A stretch of DNA of 64,000 nt from the human T2T-CHM13v2.0 reference genome, Homo sapiens (GCF_009914755.1 NC_060935.1), one strand, 5' to 3'. Positions 15,525 through 29,525 are shown, numbered from the stretch's first letter. The notes: a model not told the origin generated them from the sequence alone. Translations and numbers: made by a program.

Positions 15525-15745
15525 TAGCTTATATTTGTACATTAGTTTTACCAAGCACTTTCTCTTCTAACCCTCACAACAATTCTATGAAATTAGCTGG
15601 GGAGATACTGTCCTTATTTTTCACAGCTGAAGAAACCAAAGCTTTGGGAAGTTTGTGACTTCTCTGAGATCACAGCTGGTGATAGAAGGAGCTGGGACAC
15701 GCGCTTGGGTTGACTGGCTTCTGGTTTTGGTTCTCTGGCTTCTAG
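15525..15745 (-). mobile_element. MIR
   Basis: cctcacaacaattctatgaa...ttttcacagctgaagaaaccaaagct resembles the reverse MIR core. Confidence 0.6.
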
Positions 15746-16885
15746 TGCTGGAAGAAGCCCTCTCTTTCCCTTCTCTTTCCTCAGTAGCATCTGACTCTTT
15801 TCATAAGCAAACAGCTGTATAAACAAAGCCCCCATTTTGGTCAAGCACAGGGTGAATGTGATATTGTTCCCACAACCTTATTCTCCACTCAACAGCCGCC
15901 TGGCTTTGGGGAAGAGGCCGCCTTCAGGTGACAGTGCAGCTGTCCAGGTGGCCGTGCACTGAACCAGGCTGAGGGAGACAAAAACCCCGCAGACCCGCCT
16001 GCCTTTCAGCGTCCAGTTAACTGCAGAAGTTTAGGCTCACCTCAAAGATGTCTAGTTTTTCCAAGTTACAATACAGCAGTTTCCTACAGAACACCCCCTT
16101 CCTCAATTGCCAAGGGGCCGCATCGCACGGCATCAGGCCACCACTGCAGGCCAGCAGATTCCACCCCAGGAACGGTCATGAACTCAGCCTTTGTCTCAAC
16201 GAGGGGCGTAACATTTCCTTACAGTCAAGCCCCATCAACTAGAAGTGCTTATTACTTTTAGGATTAAAAAAGTAATAACAGACTTTGACTTAATACTCTG
16301 TCTTTTCAGAGGCAAAGTGGGTGGGTAGAGGGGAGCTTTAAAAATAGAAGTACAAAACAACATCCTGGAAACATATGACCCCAGATGGAATAATGTCACA
16401 TTCCCCAGTGCAGATAATGGGCTGCTGCTGGCTCTGTGGTGTCTGTCTGCAGAAGATTTGCTCAGTCAAGGAAATTCAAGTGGTGAGACCTTTCCACCAT
16501 GGGTGGTAAGAGAAACCTGCCTTCACCAAAATCTCTGAAGGGGAAAGAAGTGGAGAGAAAGGTTTGCTTCACTTCGGGGACTGCAGTTTGAGAAATAAAA
16601 GGGATACAGAGATATCTGCACTTTGTAGAAAGGGCAAGATTATTTGCTTATATCTGAAGGGAGGTGGGTGGTTTTGCTGGATGTTTGGTCTGAAAGAGTT
16701 ACTTTTGATAAAGTTAATCTAATTGTAGTTATATTTTCTGTGTGCTTTTTTTTAATTACTAAGAAAAAAATTGGTGAGTTCAGTAGCTTTGGTATTATGA
16801 GTGCAAATCATAATAGCTCCAATGTGAAAAAAAAAATCAAAAGTATAACTTGTCACTTAATGTTAGAAAATTGCCTAAAATGCAG

Positions 16886-16988
16886 TGTAATAAATAATCT
16901 CTGTACCAAATAGTAATTTAAATGGGGTAATTTTCTGCAAGGAAAATGTACTGTTTTTATGTTTCCAACCCTCTTGAATTAAAATAAA
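16886..16988 (+). terminator. SIK2: SIK2 distal polyadenylation signal cluster
   Basis: AATAAA at 16889-16894 and 16983-16988; TGTA (CFIm-type) at 16886, 16902 and 16947; GU-rich sequence from ~17012; abrupt switch to GC-rich DNA downstream. Confidence 0.7.
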
Positions 16989-17160
16989 AACAACTTCTTT
17001 TCTAAGAGCCCGGGTGATGTGAATGTCAGGTTAATGCGATAGGGTTTTTGCCTCATCGGGCCTTGGGTGGAATTTTTAGAGTATGGAAGGTGGCTGTGTT
17101 CTCTGAGTTCTGGTGCTCATTTCAGGCTGCAGAAAAGGACAGTGGATAATATGTTCTCAT

Positions 17161-17168
17161 TGACGTCA
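17161..17168. promoter_or_regulatory. Palindromic CRE motif (TGACGTCA), candidate enhancer
   Basis: Exact CREB/ATF consensus within a local CpG cluster; function untested. Confidence 0.4.
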
Positions 17169-18463
17169 GCAGGGTAAATAATACCTTGCTCTGAATCGCC
17201 CGAGTACACGTTAGCCGCTGCAGATCGCTGACGGAAGCACTGCTAACCGCAGCCTGCACAAGGACAGGGCCCTGCTGGGCACTGCTTAATTACTGCTCCT
17301 TGATTCTCAGAGTCCCAGGGCAAAGCGCATCAGCCCAGGTAGCCTGGGCAAGGGCCTCATGCCGCGGTAGGAGGAGGGGAGGCAGATGCAGGGGTCCCCG
17401 AGGACAGGCAGCTACAGGGCAGGGGCTGGAAATGGGAGGGGAGGTGCTGCGAGCTGCCAGGCAAAAGACACTGCTACTTAGTCACGATGTCACATCTTCT
17501 CTGGGGTCTGCCAAAGGCCTCGACACTGCACGTGCGCTCACACAGTGCATTCCCTCACATGGGCGGGGCACCCTTTTGAGGCCCAGCTCCACGCCCTCAG
17601 GGTGCTGGAGGCACCATGTGCCAAGCTGCTCTCCTGCATCCTGGACCTGTTTCAGTGCCAGGCCCTGAGTGAAAGGCCACTGTTATATCCAGCTTGCTGG
17701 CAGCAGGATCTCGACTGAAATTTGGTTTCACTCAAACCATTCCAATTGAGCCCATGCTATAGAACATTGACAGTTCCCTCCCTGCGGGGTGAGCCGCTGG
17801 TCTCTGGGTAGCGGTGGGAAGGTGCAGTCGGCAGGGCCCACACTGGCAGAGGCTGGAAGGAGCGGAGCCCTCTCCACCAACGTCCACTGCTGCCTGACTC
17901 TGCTGACAATAGCTCAGTTCTGCCTTAAACTGGTGGTTACCCCTTGGCTACCCAAAATTTCAGTATTGCTGAGTTTCATTTCTTTTTTAAGGAAAGCACT
18001 AAATTTCAGTAACAATGTTTTCCCTTTCCCACCAGATTTCTCCATCATTCTTATTCTGTGTTGCCAAAAACAACTCCAATGCCCCAGGACGCAGGCAAAA
18101 TAACAGACCAGTGGCCAGCTAGGCCCCAACCCCGCACTCCCCAGGACACTCTTCAGTTCTGCAGCCTTTGTGAGTCGAAGGCTCCAGCAGGGTGGGGAAG
18201 GAGAGCAGCAGGGAGGCCTGCACCCCAAACCCAGGGCCTCTGCCCAGTGGATGGAACCAGACAGCAGTGCCTGCACTTCCCAAGTTCTCCATCAAGACGC
18301 AGGACAGGTGGGAACAGGGCCCAAGGTTCTGTTCCTGGCGAGCAGCTGCTTTCTGCCCCACTAGATCTTAAATCGAGGACTCAGAGATCCCCTTGACATG
18401 CAAGCTATGGACTATTCCCAAAGAGCATGTACACAGACCCAGAACTTCGGACACAGAATTTCA

Positions 18464-18868
<405 letters not shown>

Positions 18869-21800
18869 GCTCAGAGGGACCCTCCCTGCTGATGGGTTCT
18901 CATCCCTCCCTGGGTGGATCCAGGTGACAGGGAGCCTCCTGCTTGCCAGCAGCCCGTGGGCACCATGGGAGGAAGTTCTGGGCTTTGTGCACTAAATCCT
19001 GGGTGCTATGTGGCTACAAAGGAAATGTCACCTGCACAGAACATGGCTGCTCTGCCCTTCTCATTTCAGCCCCACCAGTGACTTCAAAAGCTGAGCAGCC
19101 CTTGAGCGATGGATTATCGCACAGGAATCATCCTGGACAACGTCCCTTAGGAGGCAGATGTGGGTCCTGACTGAGGCGAAGGGGCTGGGCCCTCCCTCAG
19201 ACACAGGGGCCACTGGCACACCTGCCTCCCCCCAGGTATGAAGCTGTGCCCACAAATCACTCAGGCCAAACCCAAGGTCAGGCAGGGCAGAGAGCTTGCC
19301 AGGCGCCTCGGCCACTGTTCTTTCCAGCAAGCCTTCCTGCTGCTGCCTCCCTTTGTCCGTGTTTCTGGGGGGATTTCCTAGGGCAGACTGACTCAGAGCT
19401 GCTCTGAAATTGGCAAAGAGAGATTCCAAGCCCAGGGAAAGCATGAGCTGGGCTGAGCCCCCGAGCCAGCACAGTGTCTGGGAGGGTGGAGACAGGAGGG
19501 AGCCACAGCATGGGAAGCGGACTTCCCCTGGAGCCGAGCCCCCAAAAGCTGGATGAGCAGAAAAGCTCAGAAAATGTGGGCCCAGAGGAAAATGAGGCAT
19601 TAGGGATTGAGCTTCTCAAAGGGAGAACTGAGTCACTCTCTCCTCAGGTCGGCTGGGACAGTTCTGGCTCCAGCTCCTCACTCCCCAAAAGTGAAATGCC
19701 CCGAGTGGGGCTGACTGACAAATCAGACCCTGAGGAGACTGTTCATTGTCACCCCAGGGCCACCCACATAGTTGGGGGTGGGACACAATGGAATGGAGGA
19801 AAAGCCCACCAAGCCCTTTCCTCCAAGCACGCCACACATAGCTCCCGGAGCGCACAGCCTTGCCTGTCTCTTCTGTCTGGGATCCGCCAGAACTGCCTTC
19901 CAGTCGCTACAGAGCCCAAATGCTTAGCAGTGCCCCTGTGCCAGCAAAGTGAGGGCTGAAGGGCAGGCAGGCAGTGGAAGGGAACCAGGGATGAGAGGGC
20001 CAGGCAAGGAGGGCTAGGCACAGAGCAAGCCTGGGAGAGCAAGGCCCGGCTCCCACCCAGCCCGGGAGCCACCACCTGGCCACCCTCCAGGCAGGGACAT
20101 TCTGGGAGGCAGCAAAGAACCTCTGACAGAGGCCTCGGCCCCTGGCGCCCTCTCAGCCCTGCCACTAACCCAGGCAAATCATTGTAAAGGCTGGTGTCTC
20201 CAGTGGTAACTTGGAGCACAGGCTGGCTGGTTTCACCCCAGGGTTTACTGCGAGGGGCAAATGCAGCCTGGCCTGGCACTCCTGGAAGACCCCCACTCCC
20301 CTGGAGGGCTGTCACAGAGTCCCACTCTGCCTATCTTACTTTAACTCTTGCCTGCCCCAACACTAGGTACAGAAAATGGCTGCTTCTTGCCTGTGAGCTC
20401 TGTCTTCACTGACTTAAGGGTGGTTGTGCTGTTCTGAGCATCTGCTTCAGGCTAAGAACTGGGAACTCTGCCCCAGGATTTCTGAATTTTCGGAAATGAG
20501 TTCTAGGCATCAGACATGGGTACCACAAACATAAGAACATCCCTGAGAATCTATGTCACAGGTAGGAGGACTTTTTTATCTCCAACTGTTAGGTCAAGCT
20601 CCAGTGTGGAAAAGACTTGGAAGGCCTGGGGGAGTCTTTTTGTGCGGACAGCTCGGCCCCTAGGCCCCACAGTGGAGAGGGCACTGACAGGAGGTCAGCC
20701 TAAGGACCTGCTCCCGTGTGCCCTGTCACCAGCCTACGTCTGACTTCCCCATGGACTTCAAGGTCCAATTGCCTTAGCTGGAAGCCACTGGGGATGGGAC
20801 TGAACATCCCTGGGCTTTGGTCTTTGTCATCAGTCCTCAGTTTGACTGGACTCACATCTCCTGTAGTCTTTCTGGGTTCAAGAGAACAAAATCCGCTGGC
20901 CAAGAGGTTGGCCCTTAAGGAGCTCCTCCCCTTCACACACTCCCAGCAGAGCTCCTCAGAGCTGCCCTTGAGACCCCCCAGGGCAGCGCGAAGGCCCTGC
21001 CAGCCTAACTCTGTGGGAGGAACAGGACATGCAGCTAGATGCTAGAGGCTGGCTCTAGGACAAGTGAGGTTCCTGAGCTGCAGAATGGCTCCAGCCTCAG
21101 GCCCAGAACAGCCTGGTTCACCAGCAGGTGCTGATTAAATCCAGAGAAGAGACCCGCATCGAAAGGCACAAGTCAGAGACCCTCAGGGCCCAAGGGACTC
21201 TCTGAGTTTGGGGAAAATAAGGCAGGCAGGAAAAAACCAGAAACAAGAGTAGAAGGGGCATGGAAGGCAGAAGATGGTCTTAGCTGGGACGTGGCGCAGG
21301 GGCTGGTCTCGGGTCAGTGTGTGTACAGGACAGACTGTGTGCAGAGAAAAGGAAGAGGAGGAGGGTGGGCGCAGTCAGGCAGTGTCTGTAGCCATTATTT
21401 ATGGATGCTTCACTTGATTTTAGTCTCCAAACCTGGGCTCGGCATGGAGACTGAATGTCCCTCACAGCTGCTCCTTCCTGCAATAACAAGACTGACATCA
21501 CTGTTGTCAGGGAAATGGTGTTTTGATTAAAATCATGTGACAGCTACTTGGTGATTCAATAAACAAATCCCCTGTTAACCCCTGCCTGACAAGGCCCGTC
21601 AGCAGCTTCAGCGGGGGCACCCTGTGTCCCGTCCAGGAGTGAGCCGCTGCCGGACCCGCGGCAGCAAGGTGTGGGAGGTGACCCTCGCTGCTCCCTGGCA
21701 GATCCTGCCTGGGTGGACACATGTGACATCCAACACAGAGGCACCTCCACAGACTTCAAGGGTGCCAAGGAGGCGCTCTTCACCAAGGGAGACTGGCTCT

Positions 21801-23599
21801 CGCCCTTTCCCTTTTCTCTTCAAGTGGCGGGCCCAGCCCCAGGGATGTCCAATGGCTCCCTGAGGGCCCTGAGGCTGGCTGAGAACTGACAGTTCCCAGG
21901 GCTCTCAACAGCAGCGCGCTCACGCTCACCCCATTCGGACAGATTGGCAAGTCCACTACGCACCCTAGACAGTGAGGGGTTAAGAACAATTTCTGGTTGC
22001 AATTGGATGACTTCCTGGATCACTCACTTGGCTGCTGGCCCCTGACACACAGGGCTCTGCCTGGCAACAGCCAATTCCCTTTCCATCTCACCCTCGGGTC
22101 ATTTTCCTTAAGTGAAACAAATGCATGGAAGGCTCCCTGAGTCATGGGGCGGGGGATTTTTCTGAGTTAAATGAACTGAAGCCTCAGAGGCCTAGCACCA
22201 CTGGGCCTCCTTTCCTGGAAAAAAGATTCCCAAATAGACATGCCAGGGGTTGGAGGAGATTCATGAGGGACCAAAAAACAATGATAGCACCTACCACCTA
22301 GGGTGGGTGAGGATGACATGAGATTTGAAGTGCCTGACAAGGTGCTGCAGTGACCAAGGCTCGAGTAACGGCAACTTATTCTCAGTAACTCCTCGGCTAG
22401 CAGAGGCAGCCCGGGCCCTGTCAGAGCTGAGCAGGTCAGCCATGGGAGGGCCGCCTCAATGATCCACACTCAGATCGGGTCATACCACGCATTCATGGCA
22501 TGAGCAGCTGGCTCTGAATTTGTAGGAAGACGTAACCCCTTTCTTCCCAAAGAAGTCTGTGGTTTAGGCCTAAAAAATGTGTAACTGTCACTCCCACTCC
22601 TTCAGCCAAGCTCTCCTCCCTGAGGCCCAGTTCTGTGAAGACGACATGGACTCCAAGGGCTGGCCACCCCTGGAATCCAACTGGACAGTGGTCACCCAGC
22701 CCTTCCTCTCACTGTGCGGCCACTGCAGGAACGGCTGGAGCTGCCCACGGACAAGTGTGCAGCCCCTCAGGAAGGCAAGAATGTTCTAAGATGAGTGACT
22801 GCGATTCTGGACCTCAACAAAAGGCAAAAAACGTTTTCATGGTTTCGGTTCACATAAAATGAAAAGCCATGTGACTTAAAAGGCAGCCTTTTTGATGTTA
22901 CTTCATTGAATTTTCACTAAGCGAACCTACTAGAATGGGTGTGAGAATGTCAGATTTTTCCCCATGAACTAAACGCAGTCTGGCATCCGCACGAGGCAGC
23001 CAAGCCCTGCTGCTCTCCTTTTCTGAATGTATCTGTAAGCCACAAATCGCCCTCCTAATGAATGGCCCTGGGGCAGTGGCTGGCACCCACTGACTGCTGA
23101 ACTGGGGCTTTTCACACCATTTCCACACAGAGTGGCATCCAATGGGGCTTGTAGAACATCTGAGCTGTTACAGAGAAACTTGCAACTATTTTTATCTTGA
23201 ATGGAAATAACTGAGAGGAATTATGGCAAGTCACTTCTATATTATGTGAGGAAAGTGGGAACAGCCCCTTTTTACAAGCAATTCTTCACCAAACCCCACT
23301 GGTGTCCTCTGTATGGGCCTCGCTGTTGGACTGGGAGGTGATAGGAGATGGGCCTCAAGCTACAAGAGTGACAGCTCTGGCCGGCGACCCACCTCTCAGA
23401 AAGCATTCCCAGAATGAAGTAAGCCAGCAACAGGCTTTAACCATCTACTCCCGGCCCTTAAAATTGGACTCTTCCCCTGGGGACAAAGTGAGAGGTGCTG
23501 CTTCTCCGCCTACCCTGTGGCAGCTCCCTGCACACCATGCCACCCTGGCTGCCCGCAGCCCTGAGGGCAGGACTTGACCCCAGGCTTCCGGGCACTTAC

Positions 23600-23721
23600 C
23601 TTCCCCATGTCCTCTCCAGGCACTGTGGGTCTTGGGAAGTGGTTCTTGTCAGCCCGAGGGACACTGGGTTCTCCACTGTCCTTCACAGGAAATTCTAGCT
23701 TCCTCAGCCTTTGTGCCACCA
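23600..23721 (-). CDS. PPP2R1B: PPP2R1B alternative penultimate exon (long isoform)
   Basis: gtctctag|TG GTG GCA...AAG|gtaagt (consensus donor); 122 nt, phase-compatible with exon 14; VVAQRLRKLEFPVKDSGEPSVPRADKNHFPRPTVPGEDMGK; matches my recollection of the 667-aa isoform. Confidence 0.88.
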
Positions 23722-25011
23722 CTAGAGACACAGACAGTGGCGCTGTAACTGTCCCTGACCAGGGCACATCCCTCCCAAGCCCACCTGTGCTTCCCAGCCA
23801 GGATGCCCTCAGTTGTGCCAGCAGAGTTGGGTGTCCAGCAGCAGCCTACAAGTATATGGGGCACTGGGCAGAGAAAGCTGGGGCAGCCCAGGGTCGTGCT
23901 GAGGTGCCTTTCCCTCGGGGCCCTGGAAAGCGCCACCCCATCGGGCCTTTTGGTGTCCACCTGGCTGTTCCCCACATCCTGGTCACTGATGGTCTCCAGA
24001 GCCCCAACCACAGGAAAGACCTGGCTCCTTTCAGAACTCATATCAGTTTAAGAGAACAACTCTGGAGACAGAAATGGCTTGGCTTTCCGACGCAATGAGT
24101 AATTAAACTCTATTCGTCCTCCGGAAGATTTCCATCCCAACTGAACGTTATGTAATTTCCTGGAAACAGCAGGCTCGTGGAGGCAAACGGGGGACAGTGA
24201 GACTATTCTAGGTACAGAGGACTGGAGGGAGACATGCGAGGGAAGAGGAAAGAGGAGAGTAAGGAACTGGATGGAAACAGGAATACTGGAGAATCAAAGG
24301 GAAACAGTTACATCACATCAGACTGCAGTCACCTCAGCTGCTAAACCAGGAGAACACTGGGCAACAGGGCCTCTCCCTCTACAGTTTCATATCCAAGCAG
24401 TGGAGAAAAATAAGAAGCTTTACGATAAGAGTGTCACCATTTTTAAAAGTCAGAGGAATTTAAGTAAAAGGCAAGAGGACAGAACAAGCACCTGACCTGT
24501 TTGGCCACCCTGCCCTGCCATCGCCACAGGGACAGAGCCAATGTGACGTCTAAGGGCAAGCCCCAGCCTTTCAGTTTAGTGACAACACAACAGTTAACAA
24601 AAGAACAAAAGTGCACCAGGTTAACCGCCGGGTCAGGAAGGACAGGCTTGCTTCCCTGGAAGTCTACGCAAGCAACCTGAATGCCTGGACAAGCCAGCTC
24701 AAAGGTCAGGCTGCCGTCTCTGTTGAGTCAGGACAAGTTGTCTGGCAAAGACCCCTGGGGCTCTGCATCACAGTGGCTGAGCTGTGGTATTTCTGTGAGC
24801 TGAGGGCAGCCCGTTATTTCAACAAGACCTCGTTAGAAACCACATATTCACCTGCCTTCCTTCTTATGAAACAAGATGCATCCTCAGGTTCACATCTTCT
24901 TGGTAGCACAGAGAGAGAAACAAGACCTGGTCTCTTAAACCTGTGAGGGGTAAACCCCACACAAATTACAGAGAGAAACACCAAGGTGAATTCCACTGTT
25001 GCTGAGACATT

Positions 25012-25017
25012 TTTATT
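25012..25017 (-). terminator. PPP2R1B: Candidate polyadenylation signal in the canonical PPP2R1B 3' UTR
   Basis: AATAAA on -, 2.7 kb past the exon 15 stop, followed by U/GU-rich sequence on -. A second candidate lies at 25340-25345. Confidence 0.5.
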
Positions 25018-25030
25018 GGCATAGGTTATA

Positions 25031-25034
<4 letters not shown>

Positions 25035-25074
<40 letters not shown>
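25035..25074. repeat. (TG)20 microsatellite in PPP2R1B 3' UTR
   Basis: Uninterrupted TG run read directly. Confidence 0.97.
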
Positions 25075-25076
<2 letters not shown>

Positions 25077-25319
25077 TGCTTCATTTTTCTAATCAAACAA
25101 ACAACTGATGTAAGCTGCCAAGGATGAAAAACAACATTACATGTCTGAAGCAATCAGACAAATCCACACAGAACTGTAGTCTAAGCCAGGGGACCAGAAA
25201 AGGGCCACATAAAGCTTGTTTCCTGAAAGCAGGAAAATCTTTCTGTCAGTGGGAGAATAAGACACAGTCTGGTTCTTTTGATTATTTGTTCCATGCACAC
25301 ATTGGAGGATATTTTAGAA

Positions 25320-25455
25320 ATTCATCCATTGAACACATTTTTATTGAGCACCTATTATGTGCACCAGACACTGTTCCAGGCACTGGCGATACAGTAGAAG
25401 ATAAAACAGACAAAAATACCAGCCTTACAGAGCTCCTAAAGCCTATATTCCAGTG
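25320..25455 (-). mobile_element. L2 3' end
   Basis: ttcatccattgaacacatttttattgagcacctattatgtgc is the reverse complement of the L2 terminus. Confidence 0.75.
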
Positions 25456-26329
25456 AAATCAAGATAGGAGAACTTTTCCCTTAAGTTTAAGGTAGTTAAA
25501 AAAAAAAATAGGAGAACTAATTCATGGAGAACATGGCCAAGTTATGAGCCAAAGCACAATTCCTCTGAAGAGTACCAAAACAAATTCTCTCTCTATTGCT
25601 TAAGTCAGAAGGAAACAATGAAACCCCTGAGGGGTCACCACAAAAGACAGAGGCCCCGCTGAACCCCCGACCCATGCTTGAGAAAGCCAGGGCCCACTCT
25701 CCCTCTCTCAAACAGTTTTAGGGTAGAGAAGTCAATGCTTAGGGCTCCTCACTGGGAGACACAAGGGCATTTTAAAAGTCTGTCCCCAAAACAATGGCAT
25801 TTCCAACCAGAGTAAAGCAATGGTTCCAGTGCAAATCTGCTTCATGAAGACAAATGTCTCTCAAATATGAAATTCAATGAAGAAGAACATAACTTGCAGG
25901 TAACAAAAAATAAAGACTCATGAAACTAAAATTAAAATGTTTACAGAATAATAGCATAAGATATTAAAATGAGAATATAGAAAAAGATTTGTGCTTAGGA
26001 AAATACTTAATTCTTGGCCCAAAGTCATAAAATAGAAACTTACTATAAGGTAATTTGGCAGTTTAAAATGCAGACAGATAACCTCTGATTTACAATTTCT
26101 ATTTTTCGAATGTAGGACAAATTTTAAAGTATTTAGTAAAACTTGGTTTTATGTAACAAATATACAAAGTCTTAGAGGAGTCTTTGGGCCTTCACTAAAC
26201 AGAACAGGACTTGTTAGATTTAAAAGAGGTTGTGAACAAAATCAACAATTCAAAAACCAAAAGGGTAACAAGCAAACCTCATAGCAAGATGCACTGAGAG
26301 AAAAATAAACTATGGGAAAACCCCCTTAA

Positions 26330-26612
<283 letters not shown>

Positions 26613-27745
26613 CAAATAGGTGCTTTTTAAAAAGGGCTTTAATACTGTTTAAGTAGTTCAAATAGGCTTCCTCACTATTAATTTGCTTCAGTAAACTCTT
26701 CAGCTTAACTCATTATCTTAAATTTCAGAATTAATGAGGTTTTACTGTAAAAGTAGAAAAGCAAACACTTCAAATGATAAGACTCCAGTATCACCCATAC
26801 TAAAAACTTAGCAATAAAACTGCAGTTTGAAAAGCTACTGTACAATGCAGCAAGGACTAGGTGTCAATACTGCTGGAAGCAGAGCCAGGTAAAGAACAGG
26901 AAATCTGCACAGTATTATCCCTGTGGTTCTTAGACTCATTCGAAATACAGAACTGCAATCTCACAATGAAACAAACATACTGCTTATTAGGAGGCACTAC
27001 AGTTAAAGCTTTTTAGAAAAGAGAGAGAAGTATTTTTAAATGTAGGCACAGTGGTGAGCTGTTCAAATTCAGTTAGGCGTCAACATCACACATTAGCAGC
27101 AAGATGCAGCCACACTTCAGGTTTCTGAATGACATGAGTACAGACAAAATTGAGCAAATAAAAACCAAAACAACCACTACATTAACCCTGAGCTTCCACA
27201 TTCCCCTTTCACATGAGACTAATGCAGACCATCATAATTCAGGAAAATGTGGCTTTCATTACGGTCAAATCTCAACATGTCTCCCGAAGAGTTTATAAAA
27301 TAAGTTATTCTAAACATGTACATTTAGCTTTGGAATGATGGAGAGACACAGAGATATATGTAAACGTCAAGAGAATCACTCCACTCCACGTCTGGGTCCA
27401 CACCCTTCCAGGCTTTGTCTGGAACATTATGTGGCTGGTGCCTGATTCCACAGTGAGGATGCAGGAGCCCAGGTGGTGATGGATAAAGCATTAGGAGACA
27501 ATCAAGTGTCAGGAATTGGTCAATAAGAACGGCTTAAATAATGATTTAACAAGGAAGACGAGTAAAAAACAATCCCATTTCATCTTTAGAAAGAATTAAG
27601 TCACTAAATGATTTCTTCTAAGTTGTTGCCATTTGCTTGGATGAGATCTTGAAGGTTTTCCATTCTTTCTCCACCCAGTTAAGAACACATTGACTAGAAA
27701 TTTGTGACAAGAATCTAGTAAAGGCCTTTTCCCTCCTGCTCCTCA

Positions 27746-27762
27746 TTATGCCAATGCAAGAA
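27746..27762 (-). CDS. PPP2R1B: PPP2R1B exon 15, coding part (canonical C-terminus VLALA*)
   Basis: ttccag|TT CTT GCA TTG GCA TAA TGA. The 15 exons sum to 1806 nt = 601 aa + stop, matching the known A-beta length. Confidence 0.95.
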
Positions 27763-28202
27763 CTGGAAAATTCCAAACAAAATCAGGTTAGTGGTACAGA
27801 AAGTTCACGAACGATCTATGTGAATATTAAGCACAATAACAATGATCCAAACGTATCAAACTAACAACTTCTCACTGTGGTTACTGTCTTTACTCAGCCA
27901 GGCTAATCAGAAGTGAAACTTTAAAAACTGGTTAAATTCCAAACGAAAAACTATTCTTACCAGTGAGAATCGTATTTCCTACCCAGTCCTACATGTAACT
28001 AAGAAAAATAGCCTGCTCACTTATGAGAAAATGGTGGGCCAAGAGGGTTCTAATCAGAGAGACACCAGCATTCCAGGAACTTACTACCCTCCCTGTTTCC
28101 CATAATACTTATCATCCTACCCACTTAACACCTCTCACATAATAGAGATAAATCCCAGTTAACCAAGGCATAAGCTGCAAGGCAAAAGAAGGAAATACAT
28201 AC

Positions 28203-28294
28203 CACTTATAGCTTCCTGTGCAAAGTATTTGACATCCATGTCTTCATCTTGACCTAACTTCTGTAGTACTGGCTTCACTTCTCCCTGTAAAGCA
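28203..28294 (-). CDS. PPP2R1B: PPP2R1B exon 14
   Basis: tgtcag|T...AGTG|gtatgt; 92 nt; [30 protein letters not shown]. Confidence 0.96.
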
Positions 28295-28672
28295 CTGACA
28301 TTCAAAAGTATTATCTGTGAAAGACAGTCTAATGGGCCATAGAAATCCTTTTTGGTGTATATGGTTAATGGTAATTGTTAAAATTTAAAGTAAAAAAATA
28401 AAGACATTTATAAACTTGACAAATACACAAAATAATGTCTAAAGAAATTCTCAGCAAAATCAGCTTCAGACAAGGATCTACACATTTACAGAGCTTAAAT
28501 ATAAAAGTCATAGTGGACATCCTCAAAAATAGTTGCTAAATTATTTTCTTTAAGCAAACCCAGATCTTAAGTAAAGTGAAAATCCCTGAACTTAATTTTA
28601 GCTAATTACTCCCCACTATAAGGTAAAATTTAAAGTACACTTTTAAAACAAGACTAAACACTAAAATCTTAC

Positions 28673-28815
28673 TTGGTATCTAGAATTGGTCCAATCTTTT
28701 GTAGAGATTTGGCCACATTGAAGCGAACATTTGCTACTTGGTCTCCTGCCATTTTTAATACGATGGGCAGCATTTGCTTAGTAGTTATTTCCTGACCACA
28801 GGCCTCAGACAGTGC
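28673..28815 (-). CDS. PPP2R1B: PPP2R1B exon 13
   Basis: ttctag|GCA...AA|gtaaga; 143 nt; [47 protein letters not shown]. Confidence 0.96.
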
Positions 28816-29022
28816 CTAGAAAAATAAGTAAGATGGCACATTTAAAATACTTTAAAAAATTCCAAAATCTAATGAAACAAATTAATATTTAATAAGAAAA
28901 TAATTGACCAATAGGAAAATATTTCTAGTTTGAGCAGCTGAGTGGGGGACACAAGAATCATTCAAATGATCAGAGAATTAGACCAGAATTCACAAATAAG
29001 TTGAACTTTTAAAATACTGTAG

Positions 29023-29343
29023 TTTTGTTCTTTGTTTTTTTTTTTTTCAGGCGGAGTTTTGCCTTGTCGCCCAAGCTGGAGTGTAGTGGCGCGATCTCAG
29101 CTCACTGCAACCTCTGCACCCTCTGCCCCCTGCCCAAGGTTCAAGGGAGTCTCCTGCCTCAGCCTCCCAAGTAGCTGGGACTACAGGCATGCACCACCAT
29201 GCCCGGCTAATTTTTGTATTTTTAGTAGAGACAAGGTCTTGCCATGTTGACCAGGCTAGTCTCAAACTCCTGACCTCAGGTGATCTGCCCGCCTCAGCCT
29301 CCCAAAGTGCTGGGATTACAGGCATGAGCCACTGTGCCCAGCC
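29023..29343 (-). mobile_element. Alu
   Basis: Full dimer, TSD aatactgtag. Confidence 0.95.
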
Positions 29344-29525
29344 AATACTGTAGATTTTAACATGAATTTTAAAATTGACATTTTCTCTCATCTCCTGTCT
29401 ATTCCAATTAATCAATACAAGACATATATTCCAAATAGAAGACAGTATACTGATAATTCAGAAATAGTCATGAATAATTTTGCTTTAATGATTAAGCTTA
29501 GCAATAACAGTTATGTTATACTTAC

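Noticed and set aside
19061-20315. Overlapping 161-188 aa ORFs on both strands
   Set aside because: No recognisable domain, mostly non-ATG starts, GC-rich context, and no convincing exon chain found.
23574-24098. 174-aa plus-strand ORF
   Set aside because: TTG start and antisense shadow of the PPP2R1B alternative exon; no homology recognised.
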